Shown one piece after another: positions 1-11,800 of a DNA stretch of 64,000 nucleotides. Position 1 is the stretch's first letter. Every line of letters begins with the position of its first letter. This DNA comes from Nannocystis bainbridge (GTDB lineage Bacteria > Myxococcota_A > Polyangia > Nannocystales > Nannocystaceae): NCBI RefSeq assembly GCF_028368995.1, contig NZ_JAQNDL010000001.1, positions 672,001 through 736,000 on the forward strand. The letters run 5' to 3'. Under the pieces are notes generated by a model. That model did not search any database, was not told the origin of the DNA, and worked only from the letters and a program-made list of their open reading frames with translations. The position numbers were made by a program, and so were the translations under genes.

Positions 1-2
1 TC

Positions 3-3000
3 GGCTTCACCGGCCGCCCGGGCCCCGGCGGCAACAACGTCCATCAGCAGCTCACCACCTGGATCGCCGCGCTCGGCACCGCGAACGGGCGCAAGTTCTA
101 CGTCCTCGGCCGCACCGACGACCTCAAGCTCAACGGCAACAAGGCCGAGAACGACACCTACAACAACACCCTCGCCACCCGCCGCGCCGAGGCGGCCCGT
201 GACGCGCTGATCGCCGCCGGCGTCGCGCTCACCGACATCACCATCGCCATCGAGTCGGCCGGCTTCGGCTCGCCGCCGGCCGGCAGCCCGCCCGCGCGGT
301 TCTCCGGCGCCCGCCGCCTGGCCTTGCCGTGGCCGCAGTCGCCGACGTTCGCGGCCACCGCGTTCCCGGTGTGGAACCGCAAGTGGAACGCGGACAGCAC
401 CACCGATCGCAGCGCCGCGATCAACGACTCCAACCGCCCGCCGTACCGCTGCGCCGAGATCTACGTGGTCGACACCACCGCCCCGCCGGCGCCGGGGCCC
501 GTGATCCCGGGTCCGGGCGTGCCGACGCGGTTCCTCGTGCCCGGCCCCGACGGCGCCCCCGATCCGGGCGTCAGCTCGACCACCACCAAGCCGCCGCCGA
601 CCGACTACCGCGTGCGCCTGCGCGTCAAGTGGGACAGCCCCACCGTCGTCAGCCCGGCCGACGCCATCCCGACCGAGGCCGAGGCGCTGGTCGCCTGGAA
701 GGCCGCGCAGATCGAGCTGCCCGCGAGCACCAGCGGCAACCCGCCGCCGCTGCCGCCGCCGACCGGGCCCGATTACTGGGAGCTGCTGCTGCGCTGGGCC
801 TACGACGCGCGCAGCGGCCAGACCGAGGCCAGCGGCGCCCTCAGCCTGCCTGACGGCGCGCTGACCTGGCAGAGCGACGCGCTCGCCGGGGCCCTCGCGT
901 TCGGGCCGGTGATCACGGCCCTGGCCGACCCCGCCGACGTCGTCGACGGCGCCTTCGGTCAGTTCGTCGCGGCCGCGGCGATCCTCGCCGTCGGCGCCGC
1001 CATCGGCGAGCTGCTCAACACCGGCAGCGGCCCCGAGAGCAGCGTCGACATCGACAAGCTCGCCATCTCGTACAAGTGGAACGGCGCCGCCCAGGTCGCC
1101 GCCACCGTCGACTACACGATCGACCTGCGGATCAACGTCAGCGTCGCCGGCGCGGGCTCGCTGACCGGGCACCTGCGCATGCGCTACAAGGGCGTCGGCC
1201 TGCGCTTCGCCGGCAAGCCCGAGGGCGGGCTCGCCGGCGTCGCCCTGACCTACGACAGCATGAGCGTCGAGGTCGTCGACCCCGGCACGTGGAGCCTCGG
1301 CGGCCCGCTCGGCAACCTGATCCGGATCGCCGCCTCGCGCATGGGTCACGGCTCGCAGTGGATGGAGTTCGACCTCGAGTTCGCGCTCGACCTCGGCGTC
1401 GTCCGCCTCGAGGGCGCGACCATCCGCGTCAACCTGCCCGACGAGAGCGCCCCGTTCAAGGTCGAGTTCCGCGGCCTCACCGCTTCGATCGACATCCCCG
1501 GCGCGCTCAAGGGCAAGGGCTCGGTCACTCTCGGCGACGGCGGCTCGTTCCGCGCCCTGCTGTCGCTCGAGGTCATCCCGGCCAAGCTCAGCGCCTACGG
1601 GGCGCTCGCCGTCGACCAGGACTTCGTCTCGGTCGAGGTCGGCGTGCAGCTCCCGGTCGGCATCCCGCTCGGCGCCACCGGCTTCGGCATCTTCGGCTTC
1701 ATCGGCCGGTTCGTCGCCAACGGCACCCGCAACCTCGAAGGCCTCACCAACCCCGAGCCGGTGCAGCGCCAGCTCGACTGGTACACCCGCGCGCCCCAGC
1801 TCAAGTACAAGCGCAAGTCGGGCCAGTACGCCTTCGGCGTCGGCGCCGTGGTCGGCACCCTGCCCGACAGCGGCTTCACCTTCAACGCCGAGGGCTCGCT
1901 GACGATCGGCTTCCCCGACGTCTCGGTGATCTTCGGCATCGACGCCAAGCTCGTCACCCAGCGCAAGAGCGCCGCCACCGAGTCGGGCACGGCTGCCCCT
2001 CCCGGCGGCCTGCGGATCCTCGGCATGGTCCTGATCGAGCCCGACTCGATCATGATCGGCGTGCGCGGCTCGTACGACATCCCCAAGGTCCTCAAGCTCG
2101 AGATCCCGATCTCCGCCTACTTCCCGCTCGCCGGCGGCGACGCCTGGTACATCCGGATCGGCTCCGACAACCACGCGACCCGCCCGGGCAACCCGGTCTC
2201 CATCATCCTGCTGCCGACGATCCTCGACGTGCGCGCCTGGGCGTTCGTCATGATCGAGGAGCGCCAGCTCCACGGCCTCGGCGGCACGCTGGTCCCGCTC
2301 GACCTGGCCCAGCCGCTCGACTTCGACGGCTTCTCGATCGGCATGGGCGCGGGCTTCGACCTCAAGTGGTCGGCCGGCCCGTTCAAGCTCGAGATCAGCG
2401 CCTTCTTGCTGGTCGGCCTCGGCACCAAGCCGCTGCTGTTCGCCGGCGCCGCCGGCATCAAGGGCGAGCTCGACCTCGTGCTGATCTCGGTCGGCGTCGA
2501 CGGCCTCGTGCATTTCCACGTGTCGCCCGGCTACAGCTACTTCGAGGGCCACTTCTGCGGCCACGTCGACCTGTTCTTCTTCGAGATCTCCGGCTGCGTC
2601 GACATCCGGATCGGCGACGACCCGCCGTCGAACATCCCGGTGCCCGAGTCGCCGATCGCCGGCATGGACCTGTGCGACCACCTCGCGGTCGTCAAGGGCG
2701 CCGCGGCGCGCAACGGCGTCGGCGCGGCGCCGACGGTGTGGCCCGACACCATCGCCGTGCTGCGCTTCGCCCACTACGCCCAGGACGGCCTCGGCGGCAC
2801 CGCCGACTTCGAGCGCCGGCTGGCCGCTCCGGCCGCGCTGTCGCCGTGGAGCGGCTCGACCGAGCTGAAGTACGCCTTCCGGCTCAAGCAGGTCACGCTG
2901 TGGAGGCTGACCGGCGCCGACCCGAACAACGCGGCGCACTACACCCACGTGCCCGGGCCGTTCGACGCCGCCTGGTGGATGCCGTCGTGGCGCAAGTCGA

Positions 3001-5585
3001 TCATCGAGGGCGGCGACAACACCGGCCCCAGCACCGAGGAGGGCCGCGAGCTCGGGCTGTTCAGCTGGGACCCGCGCGCCTGGTCGCGCTGGCTCGGCGA
3101 GGGCTCGCAGGAGGTCCCCGGCAACCCCGGCAACACCGTCGAGCACCTTTGCGACGAGGTCGCCGCGGCGGGGCCCTCGTGCGCCTACGGCCGCGCCCGC
3201 GTCTACGCGTACGGGGTGCTCGGCGCCTTCACGGCCGAGCCGCCGGCCGGCGCGGTGTTCCCGAGCCGCTTCAAGCTGTTCGCCAGGTTCGCCGACGGCC
3301 TCGACGCCGGCATGCTGGCCGGCCTCGGCGCCGACGCCGGCTGGACCTGGATCCCCGGCGCCGTCGCCCCGCTGCACGGCGCCATCGACCTCCACGGCAC
3401 CGTACTCGAAGAAGGCTGGCGGTTCCCGTCGTGGCGCGCCGTCGGCAAGATCGTCGGCACCGCGCCGATCGTGCTGCCGCTGTCGAAGCCGCTGCTGGAG
3501 GGCGAGCTGGTGCTCGAGGTCTGCAGCGACAAGGAGACCGCGGTCATCACAAGCGGCGTGTGCGACCCGATGCCGAGCGGCGACGGCCTGATCGAGGGCT
3601 TCGTCGGCGCCTCGAAGACCAAATATTCCGGCAGCTCGCTGCAGCCGGTCCTCATCGGCCAGGTGTGGGCGCTGCGCCTGCTGAAGAACGTGCTCGAGGG
3701 CCAGTACCCGGGCACGATCGACGCGGTCGCGGTCGACGTCGACCCCAACGGCAGCACCGCGACCCTGACCGCCTACGGCCCCAACAACGTGGTGCTCGGC
3801 ACGGCCCAGACTGTCGGCGCCGGCCGCCAGTGGCTGCGGATCGAGGCCCCGGGGATCGTCAAGATGCGCCTGACCGGCGAGAAGCAGCCGGTTCTTTACG
3901 AGGTCTGCTGGGGCCGCAAGCGGCCGATCCTCGACCTCGTCCCGTTCAAGCCCAGCGAGTGGCCGCGGGTGATCGCCATCGACATCCACGACAAGCAGAC
4001 CGCGCTCGAGCCCGAGGTCCTCAAGGGCGACGGCGAGTGCCCCAAGGTCCGCTACAAGCTGCCGCAGAGCGACGGCTGGACCCGCCTCGAGGTCGCGCCG
4101 TGGAACCGCGGCGACGTCGCCCTGGTCGCCCTGTGCGGCGTGACCATGGAGGCGCGCGCCGCCCAGCAGGCCGAGGTCGACTACCGCGCCTCGCTCGTGA
4201 ACCTGCTGCAGCTCTGGGTCGCCGCGGCGCTCGACAACAAGCCGACGCACAAGACCTACCTCGAAGACGCCGCGACCTACGAGATCCGGGTCGAATGGCA
4301 GTACCAGGGCTTCCGCCCCGCGAGCCCCGGCCAGGACCCGCCGCCGCCGAGCGCCGGCGGCTGGCTCGACCCACCCGGTTTGCCCGAGCGCTACCGCTTC
4401 AAGACCGCGGCCTTCGGCCTGGCCGCCGCGCCGCCCGCGGTCCAGAGCTCGAGCCTCGAGAACCCGGCCCAGGGCGGCCCGGGCTTCGACGAGCGGACCT
4501 TCGATCCTCGCGGCGTCGCTCGCTACCTCACCCGCGCCGCGCCCTCGCACGAGGATCCGCCGCATTTCCTCGACGACCACGCCGGCTTCTGGTTCATGGT
4601 CGATCACCTCGAGTCGCTGGTCGACAAGTACGACCGCACCTTGCAGGTCAAGGTGCTTCACACGCGGCCGCCGGCCGGCTCGATCGACCCGGCCGCCTCA
4701 CATCCCTCGGGCGGCCTGCACGTGCTCGACGTGACCGTCGCCGTCGAATGGAAGGTCGACACCAGCACCTGGTTCCTCGCCGATCAGCAGCTCGTCGAGG
4801 CCGTCGTCGCCGCCCCGTGCGTCGGCGGCACCCCGGCCGTCGGCTCGTCCTCGGTGTCCGTCACCGCCGACCTCGAGCCGCGCACCGAGTACGACCTGCT
4901 GCTCAACGCCGCGCCGAAGATCGTCGACGCGTTCCCCGAGGTCCCGATCGCCCGCAGCCACTTCCGGACCTCGCGCTACCGCAACCCGACCGAGATGTTG
5001 CGCGCCCTCGGGTTCGCCACCCCGGTCGGCCTGTCCCCGCCGAACGACGCCCTGATCGTCGCCCCGCTGCCCGCTGGATCGCTGGCGATCGGCGACACCG
5101 AGCTCGACGCCGCCCTGACGGCGCTCGGCCTCGACCCGTGGCCGCTGCCGCCCGCCCCGCGCACCACCCTGCTGTGGCAGCAACCGGCCGCGCCGAACCA
5201 GCCCTGGCGCATCGCCGGTGTCTTGATCGAGGCCGACGAGCCGGTGTGGCGCGCCGGGCTGCGCACCGGCGCCCTCAATCAGCCGACCCCGCCGCCGCGG
5301 CTCGAGGTGATGAGCCTCCAGCTCCACCGCACCTTCGAGCAGCTGGTGCCCTTGCCAGCGCCGCCGCACCTCGTCACCGCGCGGGCCCTGCTGGCCTCGC
5401 TCACCGAGCGCGTCCGCAACGCCGCGGGCACCCGCTGCATCTTCACCGCCAACGCCCCGATCGCCATGACCGGCGGCCGCATCTACGACCTCGAGCTCAG
5501 GTTCCGCGAGAACGGCAGCCCGGGCGCCATCGGGGCCGCGCCGCTCGTCGACCGCCCGCTGTTCGTGCTGGAGGAGGGCGACTGA
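3..5585 (+). CDS. Giant uncharacterised protein, 5'-truncated (>1860 aa), with OmpA-like domain followed by long Gly/hydrophobic beta-strand region (DUF6603-like)
   Basis: Frame is open from base 3, upstream of the track's TTG at 324. It reads FYVLGRTDD...YNNTLATRRAEAARDALIAAGV...YRCAEIYV, matching OmpA_C GHTD..YN..LS.RRA.AV...L...RRVEI. Strong GC3 codon bias. Confidence 0.85.
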   Translation, partial: GFTGRPGPGGNNVHQQLTTWIAALGTANGRKFYVLGRTDDLKLNGNKAENDTYNNTLATRRAEAARDALIAAGVALTDITIAIESAGFGSPPAGSPPARFSGARRLALPWPQSPTFAATAFPVWNRKWNADSTTDRSAAINDSNRPPYRCAEIYVVDTTAPPAPGPVIPGPGVPTRFLVPGPDGAPDPGVSSTTTKPPPTDYRVRLRVKWDSPTVVSPADAIPTEAEALVAWKAAQIELPASTSGNPPPLPPPTGPDYWELLLRWAYDARSGQTEASGALSLPDGALTWQSDALAGALAFGPVITALADPADVVDGAFGQFVAAAAILAVGAAIGELLNTGSGPESSVDIDKLAISYKWNGAAQVAATVDYTIDLRINVSVAGAGSLTGHLRMRYKGVGLRFAGKPEGGLAGVALTYDSMSVEVVDPGTWSLGGPLGNLIRIAASRMGHGSQWMEFDLEFALDLGVVRLEGATIRVNLPDESAPFKVEFRGLTASIDIPGALKGKGSVTLGDGGSFRALLSLEVIPAKLSAYGALAVDQDFVSVEVGVQLPVGIPLGATGFGIFGFIGRFVANGTRNLEGLTNPEPVQRQLDWYTRAPQLKYKRKSGQYAFGVGAVVGTLPDSGFTFNAEGSLTIGFPDVSVIFGIDAKLVTQRKSAATESGTAAPPGGLRILGMVLIEPDSIMIGVRGSYDIPKVLKLEIPISAYFPLAGGDAWYIRIGSDNHATRPGNPVSIILLPTILDVRAWAFVMIEERQLHGLGGTLVPLDLAQPLDFDGFSIGMGAGFDLKWSAGPFKLEISAFLLVGLGTKPLLFAGAAGIKGELDLVLISVGVDGLVHFHVSPGYSYFEGHFCGHVDLFFFEISGCVDIRIGDDPPSNIPVPESPIAGMDLCDHLAVVKGAAARNGVGAAPTVWPDTIAVLRFAHYAQDGLGGTADFERRLAAPAALSPWSGSTELKYAFRLKQVTLWRLTGADPNNAAHYTHVPGPFDAAWWMPSWRKSIIEGGDNTGPSTEEGRELGLFSWDPRAWSRWLGEGSQEVPGNPGNTVEHLCDEVAAAGPSCAYGRARVYAYGVLGAFTAEPPAGAVFPSRFKLFARFADGLDAGMLAGLGADAGWTWIPGAVAPLHGAIDLHGTVLEEGWRFPSWRAVGKIVGTAPIVLPLSKPLLEGELVLEVCSDKETAVITSGVCDPMPSGDGLIEGFVGASKTKYSGSSLQPVLIGQVWALRLLKNVLEGQYPGTIDAVAVDVDPNGSTATLTAYGPNNVVLGTAQTVGAGRQWLRIEAPGIVKMRLTGEKQPVLYEVCWGRKRPILDLVPFKPSEWPRVIAIDIHDKQTALEPEVLKGDGECPKVRYKLPQSDGWTRLEVAPWNRGDVALVALCGVTMEARAAQQAEVDYRASLVNLLQLWVAAALDNKPTHKTYLEDAATYEIRVEWQYQGFRPASPGQDPPPPSAGGWLDPPGLPERYRFKTAAFGLAAAPPAVQSSSLENPAQGGPGFDERTFDPRGVARYLTRAAPSHEDPPHFLDDHAGFWFMVDHLESLVDKYDRTLQVKVLHTRPPAGSIDPAASHPSGGLHVLDVTVAVEWKVDTSTWFLADQQLVEAVVAAPCVGGTPAVGSSSVSVTADLEPRTEYDLLLNAAPKIVDAFPEVPIARSHFRTSRYRNPTEMLRALGFATPVGLSPPNDALIVAPLPAGSLAIGDTELDAALTALGLDPWPLPPAPRTTLLWQQPAAPNQPWRIAGVLIEADEPVWRAGLRTGALNQPTPPPRLEVMSLQLHRTFEQLVPLPAPPHLVTARALLASLTERVRNAAGTRCIFTANAPIAMTGGRIYDLELRFRENGSPGAIGAAPLVDRPLFVLEEGD

Positions 5586-5628
5586 TGCCGACGACCACGC
5601 TTCCCACCCCCACCGCGCAGGAGTCACG

Positions 5629-8600
5629 ATGAGCAGCATTCAGGCCCCCGTGTGGGCGTTCCATGCCGAGGCGATCGACGGCGTCGGCGACACGCACCTC
5701 CCGATCGGGATCCACGTCCGTGCCCTGCCGTCGGCGCGCCTCGGCCTGCCTGCCGCGCCGCTGGTCGTGTACCGCGCGGTCCTCGACCTCGACAAGTTCA
5801 AGCACCTCGTGCACGACGGCGGGGTCACCTGGATCGACAGCCACGGCGAGCCGCGCACGATCCCGTTCGAGGTCACCCCGGACAACCCGGTGTACGGCTA
5901 CTTCCCGGCGCCCGACGTGTTCTGGGCCGAGCTGCAGGCCGAGCCGGGTGACAAGCTCGACCCGCCCAAGCCGCCGCCGTTCAAGGACATCGGCGAGCTG
6001 ATCAAGGGCGAGTTCAAGGACGAGAAGGAACTCGAACATTTCGTCGCCACGATCGACCCGATCCTCGGCGACCAGCAGCAGCCCGCGGGCGTGCTGCGCT
6101 TCGAGGCGCTGACCAGCACCGGCGTCGGCTCGGCGCCGATCCTCTCGCGCTCGAGCGAGCGCTACGCCCTCGCCGCGTGGACGATCCAGCGCGTGCGCGT
6201 GGTCGGCAAGGGCAGCGTCAAGGGCATCCGCTGGCTCGACGACGCCGCGCTCAAGAAGGCCCAGATGGGCGATCAGCTGTGGCAGGTGTGGAGCCTGCCG
6301 GTCAAGCAGAAGGCCCGCTACATCCCGACCGCCAACGCCGAGTCGGAGGCCAAGGATCGGGTTCATCGCGCCGGCGCGACCCGCCTGCCCATGTACGTCG
6401 CCCACACCGCGACCGCCCCGGTGACCGCCCCGTCGGCGATCCCCGACGACGCCATGGTGCGCGTCGATCAGGTCCGCAGCGAGATCGATCGCTGGCTCGA
6501 CCTCGTGCTCGACGACACCAGCGTCGAGACCTGGCAGGTCACCGACAAGCAGGACGTCGACGGCAAGGACGGCGACATCCGCGTGCCCGTCGAACCATTC
6601 ATCCTCGCCGGCGCCGTCGACCCCGACGTCGGCCATTTCCTCGGCTTCGGCGACGTCGACACCAAGCCCCCGGCCGGCGCCGGCTCGCTGGTGTTCTACC
6701 GCGTGCGCGGGCTGTGGCGCTGGCGCGCCAAGCAGTGGAACTCGGCCCAGCAGCAGTCGTTCGCCGCGGCCGTGCGCGCCGACAGCAAGGCCGTCCAGGC
6801 CAGCTTCCCCGAGCTCACGGAGTGGGGCATCGGGCCCAAGGAGAAGGGGCCGTTCGTCGACCTCCACGCCACCGCGGTCGCGTTCGTCGGCACCCCGCCC
6901 GAGCTGCCGCCGGCGATGACCTTCGACAGCGCCGAGGACCGCGGCTGGCTCGCCGAGCCGCCGCCGCCCCACGTGCGCCGGGCCCTGCGCCTGCTCGCCA
7001 GCAAATTCCGCCCGCACGCCGTCGCTGCGCTCGCGGCCACCGACGTCCGCGGCGACCGCACCCTGCACGCGTTCCCCAAGTACGGGCGGCTCATCGTCGG
7101 CGAGCCGCTGCCGCCGGGCCTGCCGCTACCGCTGGTGGTGTCGCGCCCGATCGATCAAGGCGGCCCCGGCGAGGGCCGCTTCGAGGAGCGCGACGCCCCC
7201 GCGGGCGCCGTGTTCTACCGCCTCGCCGAGGGCGACTGGTTCGGCCGGTGGTCGCCGTGGCGCACGCTGCTGGCCCCGGCGAAGGCCCGCACGCCGCCGA
7301 TGCGCCCGGTCATCGAGATCTACCCTGAGCCGCCGACCGTCGCCGAGCCGGTGCAGACCGGCCCGCTGCACGGCACCATCACCCTGCGCATCCCGATCCC
7401 CCGCGTCTCCGAGCTGCCGCCCGGCGGCGCCCACCTGGCCAGCCTCGAGCTCGACGAGACCTTCGAGGGCAGCCCCACCACCACCGTCAGCTACATCCTC
7501 GCCAGCCCCGCGCCGGCCGTGATCGACACGGATCCGCCCACGCCTGACATGCTGCGCATCGTCCGTGACGGCCCCGACCTGCCGCGCTGCGGCTCGCGCA
7601 AGGTCACCTACACCGCCCGCTGGTTCGACGTGCTCGGCCTCGTCTCGCCCGACGCCCTGCCGGCCCAGCGCACGATCACCGACCCGCGCCCGCCGCCCCC
7701 GCCGCCCGTGATCACCGAGCTGCGCTGGACCGCCCGGCCCGACGCCGAGGGCCACGCGCGCGTCGACCTCGACTTCACCACCACCGTCGGCACCCGCTAC
7801 CGCGTGTTCGCCAGCAACGAGACCCTGCTGCTCAAGGCGCTGCAGCAGGGCGGCCACGTCACCGCCCGCAACGAGATCCTCGCCGCCGAGCCCGGCGCCC
7901 CGCGGGCCGAGAAGTTCAAGCAGTACAAGGCGCTGTTCGGCTGGGACCACTTCGAGGGCCTGACCAAGCAGCCGATCGTCGCCACCGGCACCACCACCCG
8001 CTTCGTCCACCGCGTGTCGGGCTCGCTCGAGGTGCTGGTGATCTACCGCGTGCTCGGCGAGGGCCCCTCGGGCGCGCTGTCCGAGATGTCGCAGGCCGAC
8101 CTGGTCCCGTTCGCGGTGCCGAACCTCGGCCCGCCGACGCGGCCGCAGGTCGCCGTCCTCAACGCCGGCCTCGATCCGACCACCGACGGCGTCAAGCTGC
8201 GCGTCAAGGTCCCGCGCAGCAAGGCCGCGCCGAAGGCCTGGCGCCTGCGGCGGACCAGCACGCCGACCCGCGAGTCACTCGCCATGCGGATCGTCGACAC
8301 CGGCCCGGTGAGCGGCGCCGAGGTCGACGGCGAGGGCACGAGCTTCGACATCCTCGCCGCCGCCCCGCTGAAGCCGTGGCGCATCTACAAGTTCGCGGTC
8401 GAGGTCCAGGCCGACGACCCACCCGGCGCGCCGACCGTCGGCGTGATCCTGCCCGGCGAGTGGAGCGAGGCCAGCGCCGCGGCCACGGTCTCGGCGATCC
8501 CGCCGGACCCACCCGCGGCCGCGTCCGGCATCGTGGTTCAGAACATCCCCGGCGCGCTGCAGATCACCCTCACCCACCCGCACGCCGACGCGCTGGGCGG

Positions 8601-8808
8601 CACCCCGCTCGGGCCGCACCGCTTCGAGCTGTGGCGGGTCCAGCCCGACGCGCGCCCCGAGCGACGCGAGGTCGCGTTCATCCGCGGCGCCGGCGACACG
8701 TGGATCGGCACCGACCCCGGCGAAGCGCCCGCCGGCACCTACGTCACCGTCTCCATCCTCGACCCCGTCGGCCGCCGCAGCGACGCCGCGCTCTCCAACC
8801 AGATCTGA
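5629..8808 (+). CDS. Large uncharacterised protein with probable Fn3/Ig-like beta-sandwich modules (1059 aa)
   Basis: GGAG RBS; 43 nt after previous stop; motifs VFYRVRGLW, YRLAEGDWFGRWSPW, YKFAVEVQA..GEWSEAS; no signal peptide. Confidence 0.85.
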   Translation: MSSIQAPVWAFHAEAIDGVGDTHLPIGIHVRALPSARLGLPAAPLVVYRAVLDLDKFKHLVHDGGVTWIDSHGEPRTIPFEVTPDNPVYGYFPAPDVFWAELQAEPGDKLDPPKPPPFKDIGELIKGEFKDEKELEHFVATIDPILGDQQQPAGVLRFEALTSTGVGSAPILSRSSERYALAAWTIQRVRVVGKGSVKGIRWLDDAALKKAQMGDQLWQVWSLPVKQKARYIPTANAESEAKDRVHRAGATRLPMYVAHTATAPVTAPSAIPDDAMVRVDQVRSEIDRWLDLVLDDTSVETWQVTDKQDVDGKDGDIRVPVEPFILAGAVDPDVGHFLGFGDVDTKPPAGAGSLVFYRVRGLWRWRAKQWNSAQQQSFAAAVRADSKAVQASFPELTEWGIGPKEKGPFVDLHATAVAFVGTPPELPPAMTFDSAEDRGWLAEPPPPHVRRALRLLASKFRPHAVAALAATDVRGDRTLHAFPKYGRLIVGEPLPPGLPLPLVVSRPIDQGGPGEGRFEERDAPAGAVFYRLAEGDWFGRWSPWRTLLAPAKARTPPMRPVIEIYPEPPTVAEPVQTGPLHGTITLRIPIPRVSELPPGGAHLASLELDETFEGSPTTTVSYILASPAPAVIDTDPPTPDMLRIVRDGPDLPRCGSRKVTYTARWFDVLGLVSPDALPAQRTITDPRPPPPPPVITELRWTARPDAEGHARVDLDFTTTVGTRYRVFASNETLLLKALQQGGHVTARNEILAAEPGAPRAEKFKQYKALFGWDHFEGLTKQPIVATGTTTRFVHRVSGSLEVLVIYRVLGEGPSGALSEMSQADLVPFAVPNLGPPTRPQVAVLNAGLDPTTDGVKLRVKVPRSKAAPKAWRLRRTSTPTRESLAMRIVDTGPVSGAEVDGEGTSFDILAAAPLKPWRIYKFAVEVQADDPPGAPTVGVILPGEWSEASAAATVSAIPPDPPAAASGIVVQNIPGALQITLTHPHADALGGTPLGPHRFELWRVQPDARPERREVAFIRGAGDTWIGTDPGEAPAGTYVTVSILDPVGRRSDAALSNQI

Positions 8809-8815
8809 GGTCCCG

Positions 8816-11800
8816 ATGGCCATCACGCTGAATCCTCCGATCGACAACCTCGGCATCATGGCCCCCGTCCTCGGGCCATGGTTCTCCGCGGCCGACGTCA
8901 ACCTCGGCGTCCCCGACCCCGCGCAGCGGCTCGGGCTGACCGTCGATTTCGCCGCCGACACCGACTGGTTCGCGCCGGCGACCGGCACGCTCAGCCTGTT
9001 CGTCACCGGCGGCGCCACCCCGGCGACCCTCGACGCGCTGCAGGACAGCAGCGGCGCGTTCCCCTTCCCGGCCGGCCGGATCGTCGCCTACTTCCGCCTG
9101 CTGCCCGAGGTCGAGGCCCGGCTGCACGCGCTGGTCGGCCTCGTGCCCGCCGCGACCGCCAACCCCGTCACCGATCCACCGACCGCCGCCGCCGCGCCGA
9201 CCCGCCCGCAGGTCCGCAGCCTGGCGATCGTGCTGCCCGCCGCGACCCCGCTGACGCCCGCCGGCCTCTACCCGTTCTTCGGCGGCGAAGGCGACATCCC
9301 CGGCGGCGACCCGGCCGAGAAGATGGCCGCGATCGGCCTCGCCCTCAATGGCGGCAACCTCGTCAACGCGGCCCTGCCGATGACGTGGTTGCGCCGGCCC
9401 GGCGGCGCCGCGGGCGACCGCGACGTCCTGCTGCAGGACCTCAACGGCGAGGTCCAATTGTGGGCCTTCGATCGCCGCGGCCGCGCCATCGATCCCGGCG
9501 CCGTCGCTTGCTGGTGGTCGTGGTTGCTGGCGACCGCCGTCGGCGACGACCCGGCCACCGGCGACGCCGACATCCAGCTGCTCGCGCCCGACATCGAGGC
9601 CAATGATTATCCGCAGCAGGGCGGCGGACCGGTGGTCGTGCAGTTCGCCGCCCAGCGGACCGCCCACCTCGTCGACGCCCACGAGGGTCCGCTCGCCGCC
9701 CCGTTCCTCGGCGGTCGCCTGCAGGTCGACGGCGCGGTCGCCAACGACGCGCTCGTGCTGGTCGCCGACAACGACGACATCGCCTTGACCTTCGCCGCCC
9801 TGCCCGCGCCGGGCACCCCGCCGACGGCCGACAACCCGCAGGTCGACGACGCCCCGCGGGCCCGCATGGCGGTGCTGCCGACCGGCAACTACGGGACCAC
9901 CGCGACGCTGTGGCCCGGCGGACCGGTGCACGCCGGCCTCACGCGAGACTTCGTGCGCGTGGCCGTGGTCGACGAGGAGCGCCACCTGGTCGGCCTGGCC
10001 CGCCGCGACAGCCGCGAGGACGCCACCACCACCGAGGAGCGCCTGCGGTCGGCCCAGAACCGCCCGAGCACGCGCATCGAGGTCCACCGCACCAGCACCC
10101 CCGACGGCGTGCTGCTGACGCACTCGCAGGCCGCCGCCGACGCCCTGCTCGCGGTGCCCAACACCGACGACCCGTCGCGCCTGGTGCTCGGCCTCGGCGA
10201 TTTCGCGTGGGGCGGGGCCCCGAGCGCCGCGGCCCCGACCCCCGGCGCGGGCCCGCTGCCGACGACCCTCGCCGACAGCGGCGCCGCGGTCCCGACGGCC
10301 GGCCAGTACCGCGTGCGCGCGCTGACCGGCGGCGGCGCGCTGGCCCAGGATCAGCAGACCGTGCTCGTCGAGGTCAACCTCGGCACCGCCTGCGCCGGCG
10401 CGTGGGTGCGGGCCTGGCCGCTCGGCTTCAACCTCGAGGTCGGCCTGCATTTCCGCACCACCGGCGGGGCCGGGCGCGTCAATGCGGCCGGCGTGGCCCA
10501 GTTCACGATGGTGCTGCTCAACGGCACGCTCGGCGCCAGCGGCCTGCTCGGCATGGACACCCTGGTCCTGCTGCCCGACAGCACCGGCGCCGTCGCGGCC
10601 CAGCGCCGCTACGCCGACCGTCGCTTCGCCCGCCCCGCGCCGGTCGGCGGCATCGCGGCGACCACGATCGCCGGCGACTGGGTGGTGTGCGAGACCGGGG
10701 CCACCGGCTCCGGCGCCCTGCCGAACGGCGCGGTGCCCCCGGGCGGCCACGTGGTGCTGCTGACGGCCACGCCGACGATCGTCGATCGCACCGCGATCCC
10801 GGCCGCCGCGTGGGACGCCGACACCTTGCGCAACCGCCTGCAGGCGACCGACATCGTGTCGCTGACGTCGCCCGCGTTCGGCTCGACCCCCGATCGCGCC
10901 GACGTGCTCGGGCGCCCGCTGCCACGCACCCCGACGGCCGGCGGCAACCCGCGCGGCGGCCTCGACACGATCGTCGGCAACCGCCTGCACTACTTCGATC
11001 GCCTGGCCGTCGGCCTGACCTCCGCGTCGTCGACCCCGTACTCGCTGCTCGACCGCCTCGAGGTCGCAGCGGCCACTGTCGGCGACGACGCGGCGACCGC
11101 CGTCATCGGCACCGCGCCGCCGGTTCCGTGGGCGCTCGAGTCGGCCCGCGAGTTCTTCCTCGGTCACCCCGGCGTGCCGGCGGCGATCGAGCTCCACGGC
11201 ACCGGCGTGCGCCTCACCGGCGCGCCGGCGGTCGCGGTCGCCGAGTACGTGCGCGAGCGGACCGCGGGGCTGTCGTTCGCCGAGGTCCAGGCGCTGGTCG
11301 AGCCCGACCGTTCGGCGACGATCCAGAGCGAGCTCGCGGTGGCGGCCGAGGCCGTCACGGCGCTGCCGACGATCGCCGACGGCGCCGATCCGGGCCCGGT
11401 GGTCGCGGTGCTGCGCACCACGGCGCTCGGCATGGAGGGCCGCCCGGGCGTCGGCTACGATGCGGTCGACGACGAGCAGTTCCCCTTCAGCGAGCATGAG
11501 GACGAGCTCGCAGACTGGCTCGACGACAACATCCCGGTCGAGGGCGCCGCCGGCACCGCCCTGCGCGACGCCGTCACCGGCCCCACCGCCTCGATCACCC
11601 GCGCCCTCGACCGCCGGATCCAGACCGCGGCCTCCGGCGCCCGCGAGACCCTCCAGGCCCTGCTCGCGGCGATCGATCGCGCCCAGGACTTCGTCTACGT
11701 CGAGACCCCCGCCGTCGACGCCATGCCCATCGATCACGGCGGCGACAACGTCGAATGGTGGACGCGGCTGGTCGCCCGCATGGGCGCGCGCCCCGGCCTG

